Of a DNA stretch of 64,000 bases, positions 26,494 to 39,344 are shown one piece after another. Made by a program: the position numbers and the translations under genes. The notes under the pieces were generated by a model. The model had not been told where the DNA came from, did not search any database, and worked only from the letters and a program-made list of their open reading frames with translations. Every line of letters starts with the position of its first letter. Position 1 is the stretch's first letter. The DNA is from Octopus sinensis (lineage: Eukaryota): contig NC_043006.1 in assembly GCF_006345805.1 (NCBI RefSeq), positions 65,596,001-65,660,000 on the forward strand, in the 5' to 3' direction.

Positions 26494-27317
26494 GTCTAAT
26501 TGATCCAAGCCTACTAGAAATAGCAGCCAAATCTCTCGAATTCCACCCTGTGATGTTATAAATGAGAGACTTGTTTGGCAATGTAATCTTGGATATTTAA
26601 AACAATTAACTTTAGAAGCATGAAAGTATCACAGACTATTCTTCATGGGACTTGAACTCAGGACCATATATGACTGAACTAATTTTGGAAAACTCAATGT
26701 TCTTCCCTCTTAACTTTTAAGCATTTAAACTGGCCATATCTGACCCAAATATTCTACCTGTTTTATGTTAAAATTGACCAGATCCAACCTCTCATGTCGT
26801 GCAATGTCATGCTAAAAATATACAATCACATCTCAAAGCTGGGATGGTATGATTGATGCCAAGACTGCCTCCTGTGCTGGTGGTATGTAAAAAAGCACCA
26901 TCCAAATGTTGCTGATACCAGTACCCCTAACTGACTCCCTTGCTGGTGGTGCGTAAAAAGCACTATCCGAATGTGATTGATACCAGGACTGCCTACTGGC
27001 TCCCTTGCCAGTGGCATGTAAAAAGCACCCACTACACTCTTGGAGTGGTTGGTGTTAGGAAGGGCATCCAGCTATAGAAACATTGCCAGATCAAATTGGA
27101 GCCTGGTGCAACCAGGGGCTCCCCAGTCCTCAGTCAAACCGTCCAACCCATGCCAGCATGGAAAATGGACGCTAAATGATGATAATGGTGATGATGATGA
27201 TGATATACTTGACAGAATAATCTGACTCTTAAGACTAACCTTTTTGGTTAGTCTTATTTCAAAAACAACTCCAAGCACATCTATAAAGCATCTGCCAATT
27301 CTACCAACAGGGCTACC

Positions 27318-27510
27318 TGCTGTTGTTGTTTAACCCCAGAACAGCCTTGGTCAAGCAGACTGATGTCCAAAAGTATTCTAGTTATGACCTTTGTATCTTT
27401 TATAGTGTTTCTAATGTGATCTGTCTGTTTTAGGACCACAGGGTATGATTTGAGGGAGATTTGGTTGTTATTTCTAGCAGGTCTAAGGGCCATGAATAAA
27501 GCTCTCTTGC
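27318..27510. repeat. Unclassified dispersed repeat (family K, GAAATAGCAGCCAAAT motif)
   Basis: The motif GATTTG..GGAGATTTGGYTGYTATTTCTAGCAG recurs near 24350, 26190, 26515, 35135, 41265, 42980, 44450, 54520 and 63965. Confidence 0.7.
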
Positions 27511-29299
27511 TTTGTCTGCTAACATGGTAACCTAATGTTGTCCAATATCTGCATATTACATTTCAAATAAGGCAATAACTACTAAGGCATCGTTGTAATA
27601 TGATAATTTTTAACTAATTGGTTTGGTTAATTTATTTTTTTTTTTTGTTTCAATTAATGACTTCATCACAATATGCAGTATCTGTTGAGGTTTCACTTGC
27701 TTCTACAATCTCTTGTTTTTGTTGTTATATCATCATATTAGCATTTATTATTCCTTCCAGGAATGTTTGCAGCAACTACTTAGTTAGTAGTTTAAATCAT
27801 AATCATTTGTCGGTGTTTAAAATTACAAAATCATTTTTATTTATAGCGTGTTTAAAATTTCGAGGAAGTAGCAAATTGGTTTGAAAGATTTACACAGCAT
27901 AGTTAAATGTTTAAGGAAAACGTTTAAGAAAATTGGTTCAAAAAGTTTACATCATTATCAACATCATCATCATTGTATGTCATGTTTTCCATACTGGAAT
28001 GTATTGAATGTTTTGCCATGTACTGACATGCTAGGAGTCTGTTCTGGCGTCCAGTGTCTGCTGTGGCTTAGTTTCTACAACAGGCTGCCTTTCCTAATGC
28101 CAACCACTTTATAGAACATACCAGGTGCTTTCTTCATGGCCCTGTCACTGGTGAGGCCATTAAGTGCTTGCTGGACAAGCCCCTTTATCCGAGTAGAGGT
28201 GTTGTATTGAGGGATATGAAAGTATGACAGAGGGTCAGGAACAAGTGTGTTGCTAAAGAGGAGAATACATGGCTTCCTCAGTTGCAGAGAGAGAAAGGGA
28301 GAGAGAGGTGGGCTCAAGGTACAGGGTAAATATGAAAGAGGGAATAGGGTAAAAGAGCAGAAATGGTGGTTAAAAATTCAACAAAATCAGTTTCAGATAT
28401 GCAGTTGTTTTTCTATTTTCTTTGAAATTACTCGAACAAACAAACCCTGATGGATCACGTCTAAGCAAAGGGTTATGGGAATGATGGAAAAGGCATTAAT
28501 GCCACGAAATCTCTATATAATAACTGTATATTTAGAATAGTAAGTTTTATATCCTGCCACAGGTTGGTATAAATAAATTATGCAGTGGAGGTTTAATCAA
28601 TGTGTTCACACAGCGTACTTTGCAAGACCAAAATGCTCTCTCTGACTACTACTGACCTCTACTCTTTGTAAGAGTTCGGCCAGTCCATTCTCCAATCTGC
28701 CAGGGGTGTCAGGGACTCTTGCCACAACAGTAAATGAAAGATGGCCATAAAATAATCTACGTTAAAGGATTTAATACTTTGGCATTTGAACCGATTGTAT
28801 CCATTTCAAATATTCTACCTGTTTTATGTTCAAAGTGACCAGATCCAACCTCTCACACATACCCTACAATGGCAGTCATTTTAAAAGTAAACTTCCACAT
28901 CATTGAAACCTTGAAGCCCTGAGATAATTCATGATTAATTTCAAACAATCTGAATGCTAAAGAGTTAAATGAAATATTGTAAAGACGGTAATAAGAGAAC
29001 ATATGGAAATGAAATGCAGTAAATGAGGTGAGGATTAGGGAACTTATAAACGGAATTAAAAAGAAACTTGTGATGTATCATTGAGATATCCAGGAAGCAG
29101 AGATGTGATTCACTAAATATGATGGAGTTCTAAAGGGGTAATTCAGAGATTGATGAAACTAAGGAATAAAGATCATTTTAAACCTATGTAGGACTGATCA
29201 TTTTAAGCCTATGTAGGACTGCAATGTCAAATGTGTTTTAAGAATTTTAAAAGGGCTGATTTGGCTGTTATTACTTGCAAGTAAAGTGATCGCTTAGAG

Positions 29300-29614
29300 C
29301 AGGGGTTCTCAACCATTTTTACCTATGGACCCCTTCAATTACTATTTTATTCTGGTTGGTCTCCATAGCCATTCGATGTTTAAATTCTGGTTTTATAGAA
29401 ACTTTTTCAAAATTGCTATTTGCTTTTCACTTATTAGGTTGAATTATGTAGAAAGAAACCCAGCTGTTTCTTGCAATACATACATCTAAAGCAAAATTTT
29501 TCAGGGGCCCTTAAGATATTATTGTGGATCCCCAATTTACCTTTTTGTTATGTAGACCCAAAAAATCTTGTATGGATCCTCAGGGGCCACGCGGACCCCA
29601 GTTAAGAACCATTG
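29300..29614. mobile_element. hAT (Charlie-like) MITE family H
   Basis: TIR CAGGGGTTCTCAAC / GTTAAGAACCATTG. 8-bp TSD GCTTAGAG / ACTTAGAG. Confidence 0.9.
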
Positions 29615-30263
29615 ACTTAGAGGCTACCTTGTTGGTTCTGAGGGTATAACAACCGAAGGCCCTTTTTATTGTAAATCTTTTAATTAAGCATATTGGCTCT
29701 GTTCATTGTATCCAGTATGAGAGAGTTGTGTCTCAAGATGTTGACTTTTCTTAATTCTTTGTCAGTGAGGACCAAGTTCTTGTGATACTTACAATCTTTT
29801 ATCTTTTACTTGATTCAGTCATTTAACTGCAGCCATGCTGAGTCACTGTCTCAAAGGTTTTAGTCAATCAAATCTGGTACTTATTTTATTAGTCCCTTTA
29901 CCAGACCACTGAGCTGCAGGGACATAAACAAACCAACACTGATTGTCAAGCCATGGGGGACAAGCACTAAGACACACACATATACACGCACAATTTCTGC
30001 CTACAAAATTCATTCAAAAGGCATCCACTTTTCCATGCTTGCATGTGTCAAACAGGATTTGTTGAAGCAGATTTTCTGTGGCCGGATGTCCTTCCTCTTA
30101 CCAACCCTCATTTGTCTCCAAGTAAGAATATTTCCACAGGACCAGACATTTCTGCAAAATATTGGAAATGAAGGCCACTGCTCACATGATGGTGGTACTT
30201 GTTTACAACTATCACTTGATGTCAAGGCAACGGAGACAGTAACACACACAAACATGCATAGTT

Positions 30264-30266
30264 ATT

Positions 30267-30321
<55 letters not shown>

Positions 30322-30423
30322 GAATGAACATATATATATGTACATATATGTGTATATATATATATATATATACATATATGTATATGTATATGTGTATATA
30401 TATATATGTGTATATAATATATG

Positions 30424-30454
<31 letters not shown>

Positions 30455-30455
30455 G

Positions 30456-30486
<31 letters not shown>

Positions 30487-30538
30487 GTATATATTATGTA
30501 TATATATATATGTATATATATATGTATATATATATATG

Positions 30539-30598
<60 letters not shown>

Positions 30599-30981
30599 GT
30601 GCATATATATATGTATGTATATATATATGTGTATATATATGTATGTATATATATGTGCATATATATATGTATGTATATATATGTGTGTATATATATGTAT
30701 GTATATATATGTGCATATATATATGTATGTATATATATGTGTGTATATATATGTATGTATATATATGTGCATATATATATGTATGTATATATATGTGTGT
30801 ATATATATGTATGTATATATATGTGTATATATATATGTATGTATATATATGTGTATATATATATGTATGTATATATATGTGTATATATATATGTATGTAT
30901 ATATATGTGTGTATATATATATGTATGTATATATATGTGTATGTATATATATGTGTATATATATATGTATGTATATATATA
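30264..30981. repeat. Compound (TA)/(TATG) microsatellite with ~28-bp higher-order unit
   Basis: GTG(C/T)ATATATATATGTATGTATATATAT reiterated from ~30590 onward. Confidence 0.95.
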
Positions 30982-31544
30982 TGTAAAGGTATGTAGAAAA
31001 ATACAACATGGACAAGAACGTATAACTCATAGAAGACGATACAATAAACATGGACAGGACATTCGAACCCCTCAGTCTTCAGTCAAGAACCGGATCATCG
31101 TAGTAATTTCGGCTGATTAATCTTGAGATTACTAGATCACGGCCAGCCCTCCAAGAATAACTAAGCAACGAGCATTAGAAAAACTAAGCTGGAAGCGTAG
31201 ATTTCCTGGAAGAAGGATCGAATGCATACGAACACCAGGACAGCAAAAGGGACAGATATAAAAAAAACAAAAAACAATAATGGAATACAGAAACATGAAA
31301 TACAGAAGCATTAACGGTGAGAACAACAAGTGTCTTACGACTGATAACAAGCAAACAAATTTTTTTCTCTGGCGCATTGGAAAAAGCCTTTATAGCGGCG
31401 GACGAGAAACAACGATGTTAACACGACGAGGGTCAGGAGCTGAAAGGCAGATTTCCGCCAACAGTCACGTGACAGAGAAGAGGGAAAAGAAAAGAAAGAG
31501 AAGCAAAGGAAGAGAGAGAGAGAAAAGGGGGACAAAACGCAACA
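30982..31544 (-). mobile_element. Probable solo LTR (563 bp)
   Basis: TGT...ACA termini and 5-bp ATATA flanks. TATAAA lies on the minus strand at ~31388-31393. CpG-rich compared with the surroundings. No internal gag/pol sequence. Confidence 0.65.
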
Positions 31545-32030
31545 ATATATATATATATGTATATATATATGTATATATATATATGTATGTATATATATAT
31601 GTATATATATATATGTATATATGTATGTATATATATGTATATATGTATGTATATATATGTATATATGTATGTATATATATATATATGTATATATATATGT
31701 ATGTATATATATGTATATATATATATGTATGTATATATGTATATATATATATGTATGTATATATATGTATATATATATATGTATGTATATATATGTATAT
31801 ATATATATATGTATGTATGTATATATATATATGTATATATGTATGTATGTATATATATATATGCATATATGTATGTATGTATGTATATATATATATGTAT
31901 GTATGTATTATATATATGTATATATGTATGTATGTATGTATATATATATATGTATGTATGTATGTATGTATATATATATATGTATATATGTATGTATGTG
32001 TATATATATATATGTATATATGTATGTATG

Positions 32031-32062
<32 letters not shown>

Positions 32063-32132
32063 TGTATATATATATATATGTATATATGTATGTATGTATA
32101 TATATATATATGTATATATGTATGTATGTATG

Positions 32133-32178
<46 letters not shown>
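31545..32178. repeat. Compound (TA)/(TATG) microsatellite
   Basis: About 630 bp composed almost entirely of TA/TG units. Confidence 0.95.
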
Positions 32179-32538
32179 GGTTATCAATTTGTGATGGAAG
32201 ATTCCTGATGTGAAATCATGTGTTGAAACTGATATTGTTGTATTTTGGGATGTTTTCTTTCTCTTTCCTTTGGGGTAAGTGGAGCGAAAGCACACAAAAA
32301 CAAAAGGTGTAGCTGAAGAGGTCACTGATGTGTGACAAAAGATTTCTGGACAATGGACATGAGTAAAAATAATAAAGTTAAAAACAGTAATAAGCAAATG
32401 AAGAAAAAATATATAGTGTTTGCTTATTTGGGGCAGTGTGGGATGGGGGAAGTAACCATCCTGAAATACAACAATATATCTATACATACACACACATATG
32501 TATATGTATATACATACATACACACACATATACATATA

Positions 32539-32573
<35 letters not shown>

Positions 32574-32644
32574 CAGCCTTCTTACAGTTTCTGTCTACCA
32601 AATCCACCCAGAAGCCTTTGGTTAACCATGGCTATAGTAGGAGG

Positions 32645-32868
32645 TACATGACTGTACCAGTGCAGTCTTCTCTCTTGTATGGTACATCTGATGCCTTGTA
32701 CACCCAGTTCTCCTCTCAAATCATTTACACTCTGTGTAATGCACACCAACATTACCCATCCAGCTGAGCGTACTGGTTTCATTTTGTTCAAACCTTTGCA
32801 TGTTCTTGGTAGTCACAACCCACGTCTCACTGCCATGTAGAATAGCTGTTTGTACATGGGCATCTTAT
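32645..32868 (-). mobile_element. RTE LINE RT C-terminal fragment
   Basis: Translation ...QSVNDLRGELGVQGIRCTIQERRLHWYSHV, with LHGSETW upstream in another frame. These are typical RTE motifs (RRLRWYGHV, YGSETW). Confidence 0.85.
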
Positions 32869-33059
32869 ACACACACTCCCACATACATACAGCAGGCTTC
32901 TTTCAGTTTCTGTCTATCACAACCACTCAAAAGGCTTTGGTCAACCCATGGCTATAGTAGGAGACACTTGCCCAAGATGACATGCTGTGAGATTGAACTG
33001 GGAGCCATGCAGTTGGGAAGCAGACTTCTTACCACACATCTACACTTATGCCTAATGTG

Positions 33060-33370
33060 AGAGAAGAAAAGTTCAAAGGTTAATCCATGGGGTTGCAACC
33101 CTGAGAAAGATGGATTGGGAAAAGTGCTTGGTATGGAATTCGTTGGGAGATACAAGAGAAGGCTATGGGGATAGGAGTGGTGGAGAAGGTGGCCAGTACT
33201 GAGAAAGGAGACCATTGATTGTAGCGGGGGTGGCGGACAATGGAGAGGACACAGGCAGTTGCGTTGTTCTGTTACATTTGTGAGGTCTGGAAGTGGTTCT
33301 GATTACCTCTGGTCAAGTGTCTCTTGTTGCGTTGCGACAATAGTGCAACAAAAGCAGGAAACAAACTAAG
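33060..33370 (-). mobile_element. Penelope-like element GIY-YIG endonuclease 3' fragment
   Basis: Degenerate VSCFCC...ETLDQR*SE, FLSTGH and terminal LQPHGL motif. Confidence 0.6.
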
Positions 33371-34076
33371 AAATGAAACTGTGTGTTTGATGTCTACAAT
33401 TTTGATTTGTAATGCTTCCATGCATTCTTCAAATATATATATATATATATTTTTTTTTCATTCTTAACGCTTTCCAGTATTTAAAAATGTAAGTTGAGTG
33501 CGTGTGTGTGTGTGTGTGTGCTGATTCAGTTTTAGTTATTGTTGGCAGTGAATGGCGGGGGGGGGGCAGTGAGATGATGGGGGTTGGTGGGGGCTGAAAG
33601 ATAGATACTGCTGATTTGTTCCTGAAAAGTGTTGGAGATGAAATAGAAGCCCCATGAAGAATCTAGATTATAGATCTCACTGGGGTGTCGCGGTGGTGGT
33701 GGTGGGAGTCTGTTGAACAACAACAGCAGCAACAGTGGCAGCAGCAGCTGCTACAGACCTTCTTCTTCTTCTACTTCTTCTTCATCATCTTAGGAGATAT
33801 ATTTTGCTGGTCGTGGATTGACTGACATCTCAAGTCTATATAAAGATATTTCTGTACTACACGGCTTACATAGCATATAAGTTTCCATATTTTTCCATCA
33901 GTCTCCATTCTCTTTCACTCTCACTCTCTCTTCTCCTCCTCCCCCCTCTCCTCTTCTAACCATCGTTGTCTTGATATAGAATATGTTGTACGTAGATTTT
34001 CAATATTGGATTATTTCTACTTAGCAATTTATTCAGAACTTCAGAGGATTTAGATGTATATGGCAATTCTGAATAG

Positions 34077-34109
<33 letters not shown>

Positions 34110-35229
34110 CCACCACCACCACCATCATCATCATCATTATTGTTATTATTTATTTATTTGGTGGTGCATTCAGTTTTGTCTTTCTGCATTGTGGCTTCAA
34201 GTTCTCCAATGGCTGACTTTTTTTTTTTACATTTGTCCAAGGTTTTTTTTAAAATATTTTTTATACTTTTCCTTGTTTCAGCCATTATTAGTCTGTAGCC
34301 CTGCTGGGTCATTCACTGCTTTGAGGAATCTCAGTCAAACAAACTGACCCCAAGACTTATGTTTTAAAGCCTGGTATTTGCTCTATTGGGTCCCCTTGAC
34401 TGAACTGCTAAGTTACAAGGAGATAAACACACCAACAAGCAATGGTGGGAGACAGACACAAGCACAAAGAAGCATACATATGACAACCTTCTTTTCAGTT
34501 TCCATTTACCAAATCCACTCACAAGGTTTTGCTTGGCTTGAGGTTATAGTAGAAGACACTTGCTTGAGGTAGCATTTATTTAATTTACTTGCTCAAGTTT
34601 GGATGAAGGGAGCAGTGTCCATGGTCTTTGAGGGTCCTCTGAGATTGATGATTGATATTAAAATTTCATTCGATGGATTAGTAACTGGCTTGCATTCCGG
34701 TGGCACGTAAAACACAACATCCGAATGTGGTTGATGCCAGTGTCCCCTGACTGGCTCCCGTGCTGGTGGCACATAAAAAGCACAAGCCAAATGTGATCAG
34801 TGCTAGGCCCACCTGACTGGCTCCTGTGCCAGTGGCATATAAAAAGCACAATGCTCTCGGAATGGTTGGCATTAGGAAGGGCATCCAGTTGTAGAAACAT
34901 TGCCAAATCAGATTGGAGCCTGGTGCAGCCACTGGCTCTCCAGACCTCAGTCAAACCCATCCCACTCATGCCAGCATGGAAAATGGATGTTAAGCGATGC
35001 TGCTGATGATGATGATGATGTTACCAGGTGTGTACTGGGAGAAAAATTCAATTGAATATTTCACTTCCATCTTTGCCTAGTTTCTTTCTTTTTTTTTATC
35101 AATCATTAAGGGGCTCTTGACAGAGTCATTGGGGCTGCTAGAAATAGCAGCCGAATCTTTAAATCACACTCCATCTGTTCACCAATTTTCTTCTGCTATT
35201 CTTGGGAGGGTGATGGAGATAGAATCTTC

Positions 35230-35437
35230 AGGCCCCCTTCTCCTTAGGGTTCTATTGGCAGCAGCTGTCATCAGACATTCCAGCTGGACTCTCAAGTGTG
35301 ACCAATAGAGGCAGTGAATATTGTCCAACCATCTCGCTCTTTGGTTTACTCTTAGATCTCCTGCTAGTAGGCTTAGTTTGAAAAGCCCATCTTGGGATCC
35401 TTTCCTGCAGCATTCTAACTGTATTTTGCATATTCAC
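35230..35437 (-). mobile_element. RTE-clade LINE C-terminal fragment (second subfamily)
   Basis: VRMLQERIPRWAFQTKPTSRRSKSKPK resembles RTE RMPxERIPxxxLxxxPxGRRPRGRP. Confidence 0.7.
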
Positions 35438-35481
35438 TCACTCTCATCACCACCACCGCCATCACCATCATCATCTTTTAA

Positions 35482-35927
35482 TCCTTTTGATACCAACCTG
35501 GCTGAAACCACCTATGGCTGTGTGCTACAAATGTCTTGTTTTCATAAGTTCTGTATTAAAATTTTCCACCAAACCTTAGTCACAATTTATGTTCCTAACA
35601 CTAGCTTAGTGATAACTAAGTTATTTTACTAAATTCTTTGTTATATTTAAAATAATTGAAAGAAACACACAGCATCTCAACAGAAATATAGTAACAAAAG
35701 GTTTAAAGTAACCATGATATTTTTAACCCTTTTGACTCTGGCTGTGTACTATAAATGTCTTGTTTTCATATGTTCTGTATTAAAATTTTCCACCAAACCT
35801 TAGTCACTATTTATGTTCCTAATACCAGCTTAATGATAACTAAGTTATTTTACTAAATTCTTTGTTATATTTAAAATTAATTGAAAGAAACACAGAGCAT
35901 CTCAAAATAAATACAGTAACAAAAGGG
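35482..35927 (-). mobile_element. Second head-to-tail pair of family F MITEs inside an RTE tail
   Basis: TTAA[35482-35702]TTAA, a 16-bp spacer, then TTAA[35727-35927]TTAA. The host reads CATCATCTT-TTAA-TGTGCTCTTTCCATGCTGG. Confidence 0.9.
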
Positions 35928-36511
35928 TTAATGTGCTCTTTCCATGCTGGCATAAGTTGGATGGTTTGACCAGAGCAGGTTCTCATGTGATTTGGCTTTG
36001 TCTATCTGGCTGGATGCCCATCCTAATGCCAACCACATTACAGTGTCTACTGGGTACTTTTAATGTGGCACTGCATGATTGCTTCTACATGACACCGGCA
36101 CAAGTGCCTTTTTATATGGCACTAGCACACATCCCCTGCAGGCTAATCCTCTTCACCTGGGCCAGTGGCCTTAACACTTCTGTTGTTGAGGACGGGTCTT
36201 CTTGTGTACAAAGCAATTGGGTTCCAAGAGGTAATACTTAATACCCACCCCTTGAGTGTAGATACTCTGTTAGAACAAACTATACTGTAGTGGATATCAC
36301 GAGAGAAACTCTTACATATGTTTTTGGTGCAGAATGGACTGCTGTTTATATCGCTTGCAAGGAGATAAATCCCTGCTCCCTCCAGCACCAAGACCACCAG
36401 ATCATGTGATTTCAACCTTCCTTGGTCTTGTCAATGATTGCTACTCAACTGCTAGAGATAGTAACAACTTATTTCTTTACCAGCAATGTGTAGAAAATGT
36501 ATATATGCATG

Positions 36512-36826
36512 TGAAGGTGTGTGGTTTAGTGGTTAGGGCATTCGGCTCATGATCATATGGTCGTGTGTTCAATTCCCGATGGTGCATTGTGTCCCTGAGT
36601 AAGACACTTTATTTTACGTTGCTCCAGTCCACTCAGCTGGTAAAAATGAGTAGTACCTGTATTTCAAAGGGCCGGCCTTGTCAGATTCTGTGTCATGCTG
36701 AAGCTCCCAGTGAACTACGTGTGTCTGTGGAGTGCTCAGCCACTTGCATGTTAATTTCATGAGCAAACTGTTCCATTGAACCCAGATCAACTGGAACCGT
36801 CATTGTCGTAACTGATGGAGTGTCAA
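36512..36826 (+). mobile_element. SINE head D + tail E
   Basis: A box TGGTTTAGTGG, B box GTTCAATTCC, CORE-like block and tail E. Confidence 0.85.
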
Positions 36827-37152
36827 TTTCTTATATGATTTATATAGAGAGATAGATAATAATAATAATAACAATAATAACCCTTTCTGCTGTAAGCACA
36901 AGGCCTGAAATTTGGGGAAGGGGGATAGTCGATTACATCAACCTCAGTGCGCAACTGGTACTAATTTATTAACCCTGAAAAGATGAAAGGCAAAGTTGGC
37001 CCTGGCAGTATTTGAATTCAGAACATGAAGACATATAAAATACCACTGAGCATTTTGCCTGGCGTGCTAATGATTCTGCCAGCCTGCCACCTTTGATAAG
37101 AATAATGATGATAATAATAATAATACTGAACGTATTATACACAAATTTATAC

Positions 37153-37562
37153 CGCAGGAGTGGCTGTGTGGTAAGTAGCTTGCTAACCAACCACATGGTT
37201 CCGGGTTCAGTCCCACTGCGTGGCATCTTGGGCAAGTGTCTTCTGCTATAGCCCCGGGGCGACCAATGCCTTGTGAGTGGATTTGGTAGACGGAAACTGA
37301 TAGAAGCCTGTCGTATATATGTATGTATATATATATATGTATGTGTGTGTTTGTGTGTCTGTGTTTGTCCCCCTGGCATTGCTTGACAACCGATGCTGGT
37401 GTGTTTACGTCCCCGTCACTTAGTGGTTCGGCAAAAGAGACCGATAGAATAAGTACTGGGCTTACAAAGATTAAGTCCTGGGGTTGATTTGCTCGACTAA
37501 AGGCGGTGCTCCAGCATGGCCACAGTCAAATGACCGAAACAAGTAAAAGAGAGAGTAAAGAG
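37153..37562 (+). mobile_element. Young full-length tRNA-headed SINE family A
   Basis: A box TGGCTGTGTGG, B box GGTTCAGTCCC, CORE-like CTTGGGCAAGTG, central TA/TG microsatellite and tail ...GAAACAAGTAAAAGAG. CpGs are largely intact. About 20 relatives occur in the window. Confidence 0.92.
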
Positions 37563-38681
37563 TGTGTTATTTGTGCGAGGAAACTATCAACTAAATCAAC
37601 TTGTTTCAAGTTTTATTGACTTCAGAATTATGAACGACAAAGTTGACCTTGGTAATGATGATGATGATGATGACAACAACAACAATGATGATGATAATAA
37701 TAATAATAATAATAATTTGTTTCTTTGTTTCTGTAGCTGATAAAAGTTGTTTTTTTATTTTACTATTTTCATTCCTTTGTAATGAAAGATCAAAATTAGG
37801 TTATTATGAAATGTATGAGAATCAAATAAAAGAGTTGGTGTCTGTGCTAATTTAGTGACAATCTATATTTATTAGCCATATTTTATCTACCTGGTATTCT
37901 TGTATTCTGTCTTCTGCATTCAATAGCTAGTCTCTCTCCTGTGTCTACTTGGAGCAGTCCTTCTTTCTGCTACGCATTTTCTTTGTATAGCAATCTTTTT
38001 TTTTTGTTGCATTACAATCTCTTCTCAGCCTCAGTGAACGCCTGTCCACAGCTGTTATCTACATACTAGGCACAGATGTGGCTGTGTGGGAAGAAGTTTG
38101 CTCCCAAACCACATGGTTCCTGGTTCAATCCCACTGTGTAGCACCTTGGGCAAGGGTCTTTTGCTATAACCTCAGGCTGACCAAAGTCTTGTGAGTGGAT
38201 TTGGTAGATGGAAACCGAAAGAAATCTGCTGTATGTGTGTGTGTATGTATGTCTGTCTGTCAGTCTTTGTCCCTTTGACAACCAGTATTGGTGTGTTTAT
38301 GTCCTTGTAACTTAGTGGTTTGGCAAAAGAGATCGATAAAATAAGTTTGGTTTAAAAAGAGAAATAAAAGTACTGGGATTGATTTATTTGACTAAAAATT
38401 CTTCAAGGCAATCCCCTAGCATGGCTGCAGTCTAACGACTGAAACAGGTTAAACATTAAAAACGATAAAAGATAGGGGTATTGGCTCTTTTGCAAGCCCA
38501 TTTTTACCTCTGGGAAGAAGTGATCCATATTAGTCTAATCTCTGTCCTTTGACCTGTCTAGGATTTACCAGGCGCTTGTGCTCCACTGGTTTAGCTCTTA
38601 GGGCCATTAAGGCATACAAGCCACAACACCACAACAAGGACTGACCCCTGTGGTAGCCTTGCTATGTGTGTGAGTGTGAGT

Positions 38682-39023
38682 GAAGGCGCATGGCTCAGTG
38701 GTTAGAGTATCGGACTCAGAATCATGTGGTAGTGAGTTCGATTCCTGGATCAGGCTGTGTGTCGTGCTCTTGAGCAAGACACTTTATTTCACATTGCTGC
38801 AGTTCACTCAACTGTAGAAATGAGTTGCAATGTCACCACTGGTGCCAAGTTGTATCAGCCTTTGCCTTTCCTTTGGATAACACCGGTGATGTGGAGAGGA
38901 GAGGTTGGCATGCATGGCGACTGCTGGTCTTTCATAAACAGCCTTGTCCAGACTTGTGCCTTGGAGAGGAATTTTCTAGATGCAATCCCATGGTCGTTCA
39001 TGACTAAAGGGGGTCTCTACCCT
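38682..39023 (+). mobile_element. tRNA/CORE-like SINE head D + tail D
   Basis: Near-consensus A box TGGCTCAGTGG and B box GAGTTCGATTCC, then CTTGAGCAAGACACTTTATTTCAC and a distinct tail. Confidence 0.85.
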
Positions 39024-39344
39024 ATATATACCTGATGTCAGTCTTCTCTTCTAACTACTTGATGTTGTTCCTTGCTCTCCTCCATTCTTCTGCTCCTTCC
39101 TGAGTTACCTCTTGTCTTTTATGCCTCTATCTACTGTACCCCATCACCTTCTGCTTTGCTGGAACCTGGTTCCGTTGGCAGATCTGGTCTCTCGTTTACT
39201 TATTTGTAGTGGTATTTATCCAGGGTAGGTTGAGCCACCTCCAACCAGCATGTTCACCACATCTCTCACAAATGCTGACCACACCTGGTCGTCATTCTCT
39301 GTTGAGTTCACGTTTGGAGTTTCAGTGAAAATATTAATTCACAT

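Noticed and set aside
29171-29220. 25-bp direct duplication
   Set aside because: An ordinary local slippage duplication with no sign of function.
31055-31140. Hammerhead in the solo LTR (minus strand CTGAAGA, GAAA, TAGTAAT/ATTACTA stem)
   Set aside because: The elements are in the wrong order or lack stem II/III and a cleavage triplet. Only a simple stem is supported.
30035-32607. Long ORFs (up to 380 aa) rich in Y/I/M/C/V
   Set aside because: These are translations of stop-poor TA/TG microsatellite, not proteins.
33690-33760. Poly-Q/poly-S coding-like stretch
   Set aside because: Short CAG/CAA repeats bounded by stops, with no convincing splice sites.
38682-38760. tRNA gene
   Set aside because: It has A/B boxes but no complete acceptor stem and runs into a SINE body. 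The same applies to the other tRNA-like heads.
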